From an uncultured delta proteobacterium (GTDB lineage Bacteria > Desulfobacterota > Syntrophobacteria > BM002), in the NCBI GenBank assembly GCA_963712115.1, contig CAVQGX010000046.1, forward strand, positions 64,001 through 128,000: a stretch of DNA of 64,000 nucleotides. Reading direction: 5' to 3'. Position numbers and translations under genes: made by a program. Below the pieces are notes generated by a model. That model was not told the DNA's origin, searched no databases, and was given only the letters and a program-made list of their open reading frames with translations. This document shows positions 48,027 to 56,438 of this stretch, one piece after another. The stretch's first letter is position 1. Every line of letters starts with the position of its first letter.

Positions 48027-49643
48027 TCAAAAACGAAAATTGCCGAAAGTACTCTCAGGAATGGGCCTCAGAAGGCTAACTTCCAAGGCGAGAGCTAGTG
48101 CATCGCGAATTTCACTAAAGAAAAGCACGCGGTCGTTAAAAAGTCTGGCACCACAGTAAAAGGGGTGAGCTTCGAACTCATATTTTTTTAGCAGTTCGTC
48201 CTTGAAGGAGGCAGCCTCTGCTTCAGTCATCTCTTGGCCATCGGTTTGACGCTTTCTCTTTTCGAGGCTAAGCAGAACTTCAGCGGCAGAACGTCCCGAC
48301 ATTACTGAAGTTCTGGCCCGCATAGTGGAGAAAAGTAAATGAGGCCGATATGCCCGGCCACACATCCCATAGTTGGCTGCACCATTGTCCGGGCCTATAA
48401 CCAGCTGTATTCTTGGCACTCTAGCGTTGGAAACTGCTCGCACCATGTCTGCACCGTATTTGCCAATGCCGCCGTGCTCCGCCTCAGATCCAACCATATA
48501 GCCAGGTGAATTCTGCACAAATAGGAGGGGTATCTTTTCCATGCTGCAGCGGACAATGAATTCAGTTGCTTTGCGCGCCGCTTCTACAAAAATGATGCCG
48601 GAATCATTGGCGGCCACTACTCCCACGGGAATTCCTTTGATTCTGATCTTACCGGTTACAATCTTATCTCCTCGACCTGGAGCATAGTCACCCTTGTATC
48701 CCAGCAATCCCACCCCATCAGCAAAGCATTCAATAATGCCACCAACGTCGATGGCCTGGTGAACTCTAGCAGGCATCAGCTCGTAGATGCGCTCCTCGTT
48801 TACAGCCGGGGGTACCTCTTCCCAACGCCGACAATGTATCTTCTGAAGATGCTCCTGAGACAAAATCTCCCGAACTCTCTCTATCCCTTCAATTTGATCC
48901 TTGCATAGATGGTCTGCACCTCCAGATATTCTGGCATGCACCCCTGCACCCCCCAGGGCCTCGGCGTCGATCTCCTCGCCGATTGCAGCCTTGACTAGTG
49001 GCGGACCGCCCAGGAAAGAATAGGCAAGATCTTCTATCATTACCGCTTCATCGGCCATGAAAACGATATAGGCGCCGCCCGCTGTATTACCGCCGGTGCT
49101 CAAGGTAATCTGTTTCAATCCCATAGCCGACATTCGGGCCATATTGTAAAACATGGAGCCAAAGTGACCGTCATCTGGAAAAACATCGGCCTGCATAGGC
49201 AGGAAAGCCCCACCAGAGTCTGCTATGTAGACACAATTGAGGCCACACTGCTCAGCTATGGCCTGGGCCCGCATGTGTTTTTTCAGAGTGATGGGAAAAT
49301 AGGTTCCCGCCTTAACCCTGCTGTCATTGGCAAATATCATACTCCAGTTACCATGAATCTTGCCAAGACCTGTAACCAAGCCACCGCACGGCACGTCCCT
49401 TACGCCACCAGGGTAGTCCATGCCGAAACCGGCAATCACCCCTAGCTCAAAAAAATCTGTACCAGGATCGATGAGGGCCTGGACTAGTTCACGTACCGGT
49501 TTTTTTCCCTGTTTGGCCAACCGGGCGATGGCTCGCTCCCCTCCTGGGTTGACGGCCTGCTGAATGCGCTGGGCCAAATGCTCTTCTTCCTCAAGCCAAT
49601 GATCTCTGTTTATTTTTCCCTGGCTATGATGGTCTTCTTGCAT
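48027..49643 (-). CDS. Acyl-CoA carboxylase carboxyltransferase (beta) subunit, 3-methylcrotonyl-CoA carboxylase-like
   Basis: VKAGTYFPITLKKH.RAQ, DSGGAFLP.Q, TAGGAY, GPPLVKAA.GE, GAANYGMCGRAY. Confidence 0.9.
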   Translation of the reverse strand: MQEDHHSQGKINRDHWLEEEEHLAQRIQQAVNPGGERAIARLAKQGKKPVRELVQALIDPGTDFFELGVIAGFGMDYPGGVRDVPCGGLVTGLGKIHGNWSMIFANDSRVKAGTYFPITLKKHMRAQAIAEQCGLNCVYIADSGGAFLPMQADVFPDDGHFGSMFYNMARMSAMGLKQITLSTGGNTAGGAYIVFMADEAVMIEDLAYSFLGGPPLVKAAIGEEIDAEALGGAGVHARISGGADHLCKDQIEGIERVREILSQEHLQKIHCRRWEEVPPAVNEERIYELMPARVHQAIDVGGIIECFADGVGLLGYKGDYAPGRGDKIVTGKIRIKGIPVGVVAANDSGIIFVEAARKATEFIVRCSMEKIPLLFVQNSPGYMVGSEAEHGGIGKYGADMVRAVSNARVPRIQLVIGPDNGAANYGMCGRAYRPHLLFSTMRARTSVMSGRSAAEVLLSLEKRKRQTDGQEMTEAEAASFKDELLKKYEFEAHPFYCGARLFNDRVLFFSEIRDALALALEVSLLRPIPESTFGNFRF

Positions 49644-49663
49644 CTTGTTGCATCCTTTACTAA

Positions 49664-49738
49664 CTGTCCTCTGTCCTCCGCCCTCTGACCCTCGTCTCGC
49701 CCGTCTCGCCGCAGACGCTATGCGCTAAGCGCCATGCG
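49664..49738. repeat. Stacked half-arms (CTGTCCT)n and (GCGCTAT)n
   Basis: ctgtcctctgtcctccgccctctgaccct; cgctatgcgctaagcgccatgc. Confidence 0.65.
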
Positions 49739-49745
49739 GCTGACT

Positions 49746-50528
49746 CTACCGTCCTTTATAAACAGGAAGCCTCTTTTGTTGGAATGCCTTAAGGCCTTCT
49801 ATTCGATCTTCCGTTGGAATGCATGTTTCATAGGCACTGGCTTCAATTGCCAATCCTGTGTGAAGCTCCACATCTTGCCCCTTGTTGATAGCAAACTTAG
49901 CCTGTGCCACAGCAATGGGGCCGGCTTTGGCAATCTCGCCGGCCAGCTCCAGGCAAACTGCCATGAGCTTGTCCCTTGCCGCGATCCGGTTCACCAGCCC
50001 CTTGGCCAATGCCTCCTGAGCCGTAAGTTGCCTCCCTGTGTAAATGAGTTCTTTGGCCAGGGGAATTCCTATGAGCCGCGGTAGACGCTGAGTGCCTCCG
50101 GCTCCAGGTATGATGGCGAAGCGCGTTTCCGTAAGCCCCAGAGTGGCATCATCCACGGCTACCCTCAAATCGCAAGCCAGTGCAAGCTCTGTGCCGCCAC
50201 CTAGGGCAAATCCATTGATGGCGGCAATTACCGGCAGTGGTAACTCCTCGATCTTGATTAACAACCTGCGAATGGCAGAGAGGAAGCTGCGCACTTCGGT
50301 TTCAGACATGGATAGCCGTTCTTTGAGGTCCGCGCCCGCGCAAAAAGCCTTGTCGCCACCTCCGGTGATTAGCAGCACTCGCAGATCTTCCTGCAACCGC
50401 GCTTCATCTATAGCTAGTTCCAACTCCTGTAGAAGTTTGGAATCCAAGGCATTTCGCACCTCGGGTCGATTGAGAGTGAGAATCAGCAAAGGCGGCCGAT
50501 GCTCTATGAGAAGTACTTGATCAGACAT
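49746..50528 (-). CDS. Enoyl-CoA hydratase (candidate methylglutaconyl-CoA hydratase, AUH/YngF-like)
   Basis: AFCAGADLKER, GGG.ELALACD, ET..AIIPGAGGTQRLPR. Confidence 0.9.
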   Translation of the reverse strand: MSDQVLLIEHRPPLLILTLNRPEVRNALDSKLLQELELAIDEARLQEDLRVLLITGGGDKAFCAGADLKERLSMSETEVRSFLSAIRRLLIKIEELPLPVIAAINGFALGGGTELALACDLRVAVDDATLGLTETRFAIIPGAGGTQRLPRLIGIPLAKELIYTGRQLTAQEALAKGLVNRIAARDKLMAVCLELAGEIAKAGPIAVAQAKFAINKGQDVELHTGLAIEASAYETCIPTEDRIEGLKAFQQKRLPVYKGR

Positions 50529-50751
50529 AGAATTGCTCTCCTTTGAACTGCCGTGAAGTCATAGCTCATTGAAAACTAAATTATGGCCGCAACATCTGGC
50601 AAAATAAAGCAATGTCTGTGGATTAATGTATACCCTAACTCCCTTTACAATCAAGATTTTTTCAACATTAATGAAATAATGACGGCCTTGATTCCAAACA
50701 ACAAGTACAGTCACAAAGTACAACATTGTTGATCCCCTAAAAACTCACTAA

Positions 50752-50881
50752 TGATACGGCACAGTAAAAAGCGCCAGATGCAAGGCGCGCGAATCTTTGG
50801 GAATGAGGCGTACTACAGGTACGCCGCAATGACTAAAGATGAAGCGCAACACAGCAGATGGACTTTTTACGAAGCCGTCAA
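50752..50881. mobile_element. MITE-like palindromic element, family B (~130 bp)
   Basis: Imperfect TIR acggcacagtaaaaag / ctttttacgaagccgt; central hairpin gaggcgtac-tacag-gtacgccgca. Confidence 0.75.
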
Positions 50882-50986
50882 CATTTATTAGCTAAAACCT
50901 GCAGAGAAGACATACTGAAATCATAGCTTTTGCGTTGAAAATCCTTAGCTCCGTATTATTTTTTCGGTACGTACCGGCTCCACATT

Positions 50987-51157
50987 ATGGCGCTTCAACT
51001 TTTCAATCGCCACCAAGCGGTGGTGATGAGCATAATGACCCTGCCCCGAGAAGAAAGCAAAGACTGGTTGGTGGTTATTAGGCTCAAGGTAAAAGATGGA
51101 ACCGCTGTTGTCGACGACCTGAGAAAGGCCGGTTTACAAGTGAGTTATGCGGGTTAG
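50987..51157 (+). pseudogene. Probable 3' remnant of an ACT-domain (CBS-ACT/AcuB-like) gene
   Basis: Hand-translated 56 aa MALQLFNRHQAVVMSIMTLP..VVIRLKVKD..AVVDDLRKAGLQV; no RBS, ACT N-terminal strand missing. Confidence 0.5.
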
Positions 51158-51301
51158 CCTTGGCCTAGATATTTTCTATTCCAATTTTTCCGGAAATATT
51201 CTATGCTGTGGCACGTGAAAGTTATTTTTATCTCTTACTTTCTCTTCAGCTCTTTTTTTCGACGCGAATACTCGCCGCTAAGATCGGAGTGATAGCAGGT
51301 C

Positions 51302-51829
51302 ATGGCGCAGGTTATGTGGAAAGACATTGTATGGACGGGTGAGGACAGAGAACTAGGTATCAAGGAGCTTCTAACTATCCTCAAAGGCTACGGCCCCATG
51401 GAGGTGCTCCAATTTGAAAAGCCCAACCATTACAAGGGCAAGATTAGCTTGTGGTTGGACGAAAAAGGGATCAAGCACATAACTCTATATCATCTGGAAG
51501 TCCTGGGCGAAAGGCGCAAGGGCGCGGGTAGGAAAGCTCTGCAACACCTACACAAAATATTTGGTGGCTCCGTCCACGTGGAAGATCCAGGCGAAACGGT
51601 ATCTTCGGAGGAGAAGGCGGGCGGCATACATGTGCGCCAGCCAAACCAAGAAAGCGCCCTGTTTTGGATCAAGATGTTTAAAGAGAATCTCGTTCAGACG
51701 GTGGAAGGCGATCTCATGAACCTAGATGATAATACCTCCCCCCGTGATCTGGATAAGCTGAGATACAAGTTTTCAACCGAACTCGAGGATGCTCCGCAAG
51801 CTACCTCTTTAGAGTACAATTCATCCTGA
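51302..51829 (+). CDS. Hypothetical protein, possible GNAT-like fold
   Basis: 175 aa ORF; LYHLEV..RRKGAGRKALQ resembles the acetyl-CoA binding motif A. Confidence 0.7.
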   Translation: MAQVMWKDIVWTGEDRELGIKELLTILKGYGPMEVLQFEKPNHYKGKISLWLDEKGIKHITLYHLEVLGERRKGAGRKALQHLHKIFGGSVHVEDPGETVSSEEKAGGIHVRQPNQESALFWIKMFKENLVQTVEGDLMNLDDNTSPRDLDKLRYKFSTELEDAPQATSLEYNSS

Positions 51830-52045
51830 CGGCTGATATGTCATAAGCCTTTCGCGCTGCTCCCTCCTCTGCGCCTTTGTGGGTGGTAGGTAATAGCGAA
51901 AGCCACCGCACTCAAATACCCTTATGGTTCCATCAACTGCTAGGCCGCAGCTCTGCTCAGGCTGCCCTCCAATAATTGAGTTAGTCTGATGCTTGCAGTT
52001 GTAGCACTCCTTGTAACGGCAGCGGCTATCTCTAGGGGCGCTCAT
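51821..52045 (-). CDS. Small Cys-rich hypothetical protein
   Basis: Strong AAAGGAGG RBS 6 nt before ATG; five Cys including CxxC. Confidence 0.7.
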   Translation of the reverse strand: MSAPRDSRCRYKECYNCKHQTNSIIGGQPEQSCGLAVDGTIRVFECGGFRYYLPPTKAQRREQRERLMTYQPSG

Positions 52046-52362
52046 AGGGGTCCTCCTTTCCCATCAAGGGTTTCATAATGTAATCGGACCGGGTATTTGC
52101 GCGCAGCAATGCAGCTTTCTGGGAGGAACGGCGTGGAGAGATGATCATCCAATAATAAGCTTTGGCCATCTCTAAGGAATTAATGGTAGGTTTGGGGCAC
52201 GATCAAAATGCCTGCGCTTCAATTTTAATTTTATAGGTTCATTTCCCAAATGGCAAAGTCTTTTTTTGAGGTTTTTGTCTTTAAAAGAGACTTAGCTGCT
52301 TGTCACCAACTTATCTGGAGAGTAAGGTTATGTCTGTTTTTCGCTAAGCGCATAGCGTTAAT

Positions 52363-52522
52363 AAGTGTCCATCCGGAAACACAATAATCTCCTCCCCCTT
52401 GACGGGGGAGGATTGAGGTGGGGGTGATGAAATAATAAGTATTTTGACCTTGTATTGTTTCCCCCTCCCCTTTATCCCCTCCCGCCAGGGGAGGGGAAAT
52501 GGAGCTCTCCGGATGGGCTCTA
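52363..52522. mobile_element. MITE-like element family C carrying two inverted REP-like hairpins
   Basis: TIR agtgtccatccggaaa / tctccggatgggctct; hairpins ctcccccttgacgggggag and cccctcccgccaggggagggg. Confidence 0.75.
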
Positions 52523-52597
52523 ATGAGTGTTCATCTGGAGTTTGAGAATGTCATTGCTGACAGACCAATGCTGAGAGATGAACGCTGGAATATAAGT

Positions 52598-54019
52598 ATG
52601 GTTGAGTTAAAAAAAGGAACTGAAATCGAACTGGTGGTGGAAAACCTTTCCTTCGGCGGCAAAGGTTTGGCTCGAGTTGATGGCTTCGTCGTCTTTATCG
52701 ATCGCACCATCCCCGGTCAGCGAGTCCTGGTTCGAATTACTCGCAAGAAACCTTCTTATGCTGAGGCCAGGGTACTAGAGGTATTAGAAGATTCACCTCA
52801 GGCCATTACTCCACGGTGCAGCCACTTTGGAACTTGCGGCGGTTGTCTGTGGCAAAACCTTCCTTACGAAGAACAACTCAAGGTTAAAAGAAATCTCGTC
52901 TGGGAGTGTCTGGACCACATTGGTGGGCTTTCCCATGATGTGGTCCTGCCAACCCTCCCCTCTCCACAAATCTTCTACTATCGCAATAAGATGGAATTCT
53001 CCTTTGCGCCCCGCCGCTGGTTATTGCCAGAGGAAATAGATCTCGACCAGTTGGCAAAACCTCGCAATTTCGCTCTCGGCCTGCATGTTAAGGGGTTCTA
53101 TAACCGGGTGTTGGATATTGAGGAATGCCACCTGCAAAGTCCCTTAAGTGTAGCCATTCTTAAACGGGTGCGGCAGTTTGCCTTAACCTCAGGGCTTCCA
53201 CCTTACAATACCCTCGACCACACGGGTTTTTGGCGTTTTCTGGTAGTGCGAGACAGCAAGCACACCGGACAAATACTGGTAGAGCTTATCACCGCATCTA
53301 ACCGCAGCGGCTCCACAGAGATAGAACAGCTTTCCTCGGTGCTCCTGGCCGAGATCCCTGAAATAACTACCTTAGTGCATAGTGTTAGCGCTAAGAAAGC
53401 ACAAATAGCTAGTGCAGATACCCGTAAAGTAATCTTGGGCCCGGGTTATATTGAAGAGAGGCTCGGTGACTTCCAGTTTCGCATTTCCTCAGGAGCCTTT
53501 TTCCAGACCAATAGCCAAGCAAGCAAGATCCTTCTGGATCAGGTATTAGCAGGCTGCGCTCTCACCGGTTCTGAAGTTGTTTGGGATCTCTACTGTGGTA
53601 CCGGGACTATGGCCATTGGGGTGGCAAATGGAGCCCGAAATGTTATCGGCTTTGAACTAATTGAGGAAGCCTTGGCTGATGCCAGGACCAATGCCAGATT
53701 AAATGGCGTTGATAACTGCGGTTTCGTTCTTGGTGATTTGAAGGGTTTATTTGCCGACCTATCTTCTCTCATTGAGCGGTACGGTAGTCCAGACGTAGTA
53801 GTGACTGATCCACCCAGAGCAGGCATGCACCCTTCTGTGGTAAAACAGCTTGCGGCCCTGGCCCCGCCAAAAATTGTCTCTGTTTCTTGTAACCCTGCCA
53901 CTTTAGCCCGGGATTTAAAAATGCTCATGGAGAAATATCGCCTCATCCGGGTGCAGCCCGTGGATATGTTTCCCCACACCCCCCATATCGAAGCGGTGGC
54001 TGTTTTAGAGAAGAGGTAG
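52598..54019 (+). CDS. rlmD: 23S rRNA (uracil-1939-C5)-methyltransferase
   Basis: TRAM domain, C.HFG.CGGC..Q, YRNKMEF, FFQTN, DLYCG.G, DPPRAG, SCNPATLARD, DMFPHT.H.E. Confidence 0.9.
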   Translation: MVELKKGTEIELVVENLSFGGKGLARVDGFVVFIDRTIPGQRVLVRITRKKPSYAEARVLEVLEDSPQAITPRCSHFGTCGGCLWQNLPYEEQLKVKRNLVWECLDHIGGLSHDVVLPTLPSPQIFYYRNKMEFSFAPRRWLLPEEIDLDQLAKPRNFALGLHVKGFYNRVLDIEECHLQSPLSVAILKRVRQFALTSGLPPYNTLDHTGFWRFLVVRDSKHTGQILVELITASNRSGSTEIEQLSSVLLAEIPEITTLVHSVSAKKAQIASADTRKVILGPGYIEERLGDFQFRISSGAFFQTNSQASKILLDQVLAGCALTGSEVVWDLYCGTGTMAIGVANGARNVIGFELIEEALADARTNARLNGVDNCGFVLGDLKGLFADLSSLIERYGSPDVVVTDPPRAGMHPSVVKQLAALAPPKIVSVSCNPATLARDLKMLMEKYRLIRVQPVDMFPHTPHIEAVAVLEKR

Positions 54020-54048
54020 ATTGGCCTTTTGTATTGGGAAGACCTGTT

Positions 54049-54169
54049 AACTAGGAACACTAAGCACTAGGCACTGAGGAGAAAAATACTTGATTAATAT
54101 TAGCAAGTTGGAGTTATCTTGTTTGATCAGACAATCATATGCTATGCGCTAGGCGCTTTGCGCTTAGCG
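54049..54169. repeat. Facing half-arms (CACTAGG)n and (GCGCTAT)n between convergent genes
   Basis: aactaggaacactaagcactaggcact; atgctatgcgctaggcgctttgcgct. Confidence 0.65.
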
Positions 54170-54171
54170 GC

Positions 54172-56076
54172 CTATGCATCTATTTCGTGGACGAATACAG
54201 CGTTTTCCTGGATGAAGGCATAGCGCCGGGCAGGTTCGCGACCGAAAAGAGTCTCAAAGGCTTCGTTTGTCCGTGCACCATCTTCCACAGTCACCTGGAG
54301 AGCCCTTCTGGTTTTGGGGTCCATGGTGGTTGTTTTGAGCTCCGCCGCATTCATCTCTCCGAGGCCTTTAAATCTTTGGATGGAGACCTCTTTGGCAGTA
54401 TAATTCACCAGCAGCTTCTCTTTGTCCTCCTCACTGTATACGTAATGAAAACGCTTTTTTTTATTTTCCTTGGTCTGAATTCTATAGAGAGGCGGCTGGG
54501 CCAAGTAAATATGCCCCTTTTCGATCAGTTCTCGCATATAGCGATAGAAAAAAGTAAGGAGAAGGGTGGATATGTGAAAGCCATCAACGTCCGCATCGCA
54601 ATTAATGAAAATCTTGCCATAACGCAACCGACTGTAGTCGAAATAATCCCCTACCCCTGTGCCAATACACCTGCTGAGTGCTTGGATTTCTTTGTTTTTC
54701 CTAATTTTGTCTGCACTGGCCTGTTCCACATTTAAAATTTTACCTCGCAAGGGAAGCACCGCCTGAAAGCGGCGGTCACGAGCCTGCTTGCTCGAACCGC
54801 CGGCGGAATCGCCCTCCACAATGAACAACTCGGTTTCATCCACCCGGTTTGAGGTACAGTCGGCCAGTTTGCCCGGCATAGTAAGGCGACCGGTTGCGCT
54901 CTTGCGCCGCACACTCTGACGAGCCTGGCGCGAAGCCTCCCTGGCCTGGGTTGCCAGTACTATCCTGTCAACTATGGCCTCGGCAGCGGTACGATTGTGG
55001 AAAAGATAGTTTTCGAAACCGTCCTTGACCACCGTCTCCACTTGAGGTTGTATGTCTGAGTTGAGTCGCTCCTTAGTCTGTCCTTGAAATTCCAGGTCCC
55101 CAGAGACAAAAATACTTAGCACTGCCACCAACCCTTCTCGGACATCTTCCCCGGTGATCCCCTTTATCTTCTTTAGCTGATTGTTTTGCCGTGACATGTA
55201 TTCACGGACTGCCCGGGTAAGTCCATGACGGAAACCATTCTCATGGGAGCCGCCACCGCTGGTGTAAACAGAGTTGGCATAGGAGTAAAGAGCCCTGTCA
55301 GTGGTGGTTGTCCACCACAGGACCGTTTCCAACCGCAGATCGTTGTCGTAGTCAAAATAAAAGGGTGCCTCGGTGATAACCTCCTTATCCTTTACTAAAT
55401 CCTCAATATAATCTCTAATACCCCGGTCGAAGTAAAATTTATCCACCGTACCGTTGATCTGGTCATTCACGACAATAGTCAAACCTCGGGTAAGAAAGGC
55501 TTTGGCCTTGGCCTGTTCCTTGATTATTTTGGGACTGAAAACAACATCTTTGAAGATGTCAGGATCCGGTCGAAACACCACTGTTGTTCCACGTTTTGTG
55601 GTGGGGCCAAGGTCCTGCAGCTTACTCTTCCGCTTACCCCGGGCGAAATTCTGCTGCCACTCCACCCCGTCCCGTCTGGAGTAAACCTCCATAAATTCGC
55701 TCAGAGCATTTACCACCGAAATACCCACTCCGTGGAGCCCTCCGGAGATCTTATAGCTCTTGGTTGAAAACTTCCCCCCGGAGTGCAGAGAGGTCATGAT
55801 GGTCTCTAAAGTGTTCTTTCGTGACTGGGGGTGCTTGTCTACCGGGATACCCCGGCCGTTGTCGGTGACCTCTATGCTGTTGTCTGCACCGATGGTGATA
55901 TTAATTCGGTCACAATGGCCATTAAGTGCTTCATCCACTGCATTGTCCAGGGCCTCTGTGAACAGATGGTGCAGACCGGTAGTCGAGGTATTGCCGATGA
56001 ACATTCCCGGTCGCAGCCGCACGGGTGCCAGCCCTTTAAGTACCTGAATGTCCCTTCCGGTGTAAGTGCTCTCCAT
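54172..56076 (-). CDS. parE: Type IIA topoisomerase B subunit, topoisomerase IV-like
   Basis: VRLRPGMFIG, DNGRGIP, SGGLHGVG, EGDSAGG, PLRGKILN, DADVDG, RFKGLGEM; 634 aa. Confidence 0.8.
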   Translation of the reverse strand: MESTYTGRDIQVLKGLAPVRLRPGMFIGNTSTTGLHHLFTEALDNAVDEALNGHCDRINITIGADNSIEVTDNGRGIPVDKHPQSRKNTLETIMTSLHSGGKFSTKSYKISGGLHGVGISVVNALSEFMEVYSRRDGVEWQQNFARGKRKSKLQDLGPTTKRGTTVVFRPDPDIFKDVVFSPKIIKEQAKAKAFLTRGLTIVVNDQINGTVDKFYFDRGIRDYIEDLVKDKEVITEAPFYFDYDNDLRLETVLWWTTTTDRALYSYANSVYTSGGGSHENGFRHGLTRAVREYMSRQNNQLKKIKGITGEDVREGLVAVLSIFVSGDLEFQGQTKERLNSDIQPQVETVVKDGFENYLFHNRTAAEAIVDRIVLATQAREASRQARQSVRRKSATGRLTMPGKLADCTSNRVDETELFIVEGDSAGGSSKQARDRRFQAVLPLRGKILNVEQASADKIRKNKEIQALSRCIGTGVGDYFDYSRLRYGKIFINCDADVDGFHISTLLLTFFYRYMRELIEKGHIYLAQPPLYRIQTKENKKKRFHYVYSEEDKEKLLVNYTAKEVSIQRFKGLGEMNAAELKTTTMDPKTRRALQVTVEDGARTNEAFETLFGREPARRYAFIQENAVFVHEIDA

Positions 56077-56220
56077 TATCTCCTCCGGCTATGGGAGAAC
56101 TTTCCCTAGCCGTAATTTACTCAGACTAAATTTAAGTTTAAACTTTGATTTACAAATGTCAAATAAATTCCACATATTTTGTTTACAAAATCAGCAAATT
56201 ACGCTTCTTCAACATTCTTA

Positions 56221-56438
56221 TCTCACTCTCCGCCTCACCGATTCTGCGTGTCTCTCACTCAATTACATCAACCGCATTCATTTGGCCGACACAGAAGCCG
56301 CCCCTACAGTCATTATTTGTGACCGCTCTCATTCTCCTCTGGCTCGTCTCGCCATTCTCGCAGTTTCCCTTGTGCCTTGCGCCCTGCGCCTTGTGCCCCT
56401 AACTATGCCTCAGATCTACCTGCTGTCTGCTGCCTGCT
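56221..56438. repeat. Stack of half-arms between parC and parE
   Basis: (CCTTGTG/CCTTGCG)n, (CTGCCTG)n starting at the parC stop codon, TCTC-rich 8-mers, gccgcccctac REP-like half. Confidence 0.65.

Noticed and set aside
52499-52597. Longer N-terminus of rlmD (similarly 58849-58947 for parC, 24471-24794 for the methyltransferase, 62206-62370 for asparaginase)
   Set aside because: Extensions run into a MITE, intergenic DNA or a neighbouring gene; downstream starts fit domain boundaries and, for parC, the RBS.
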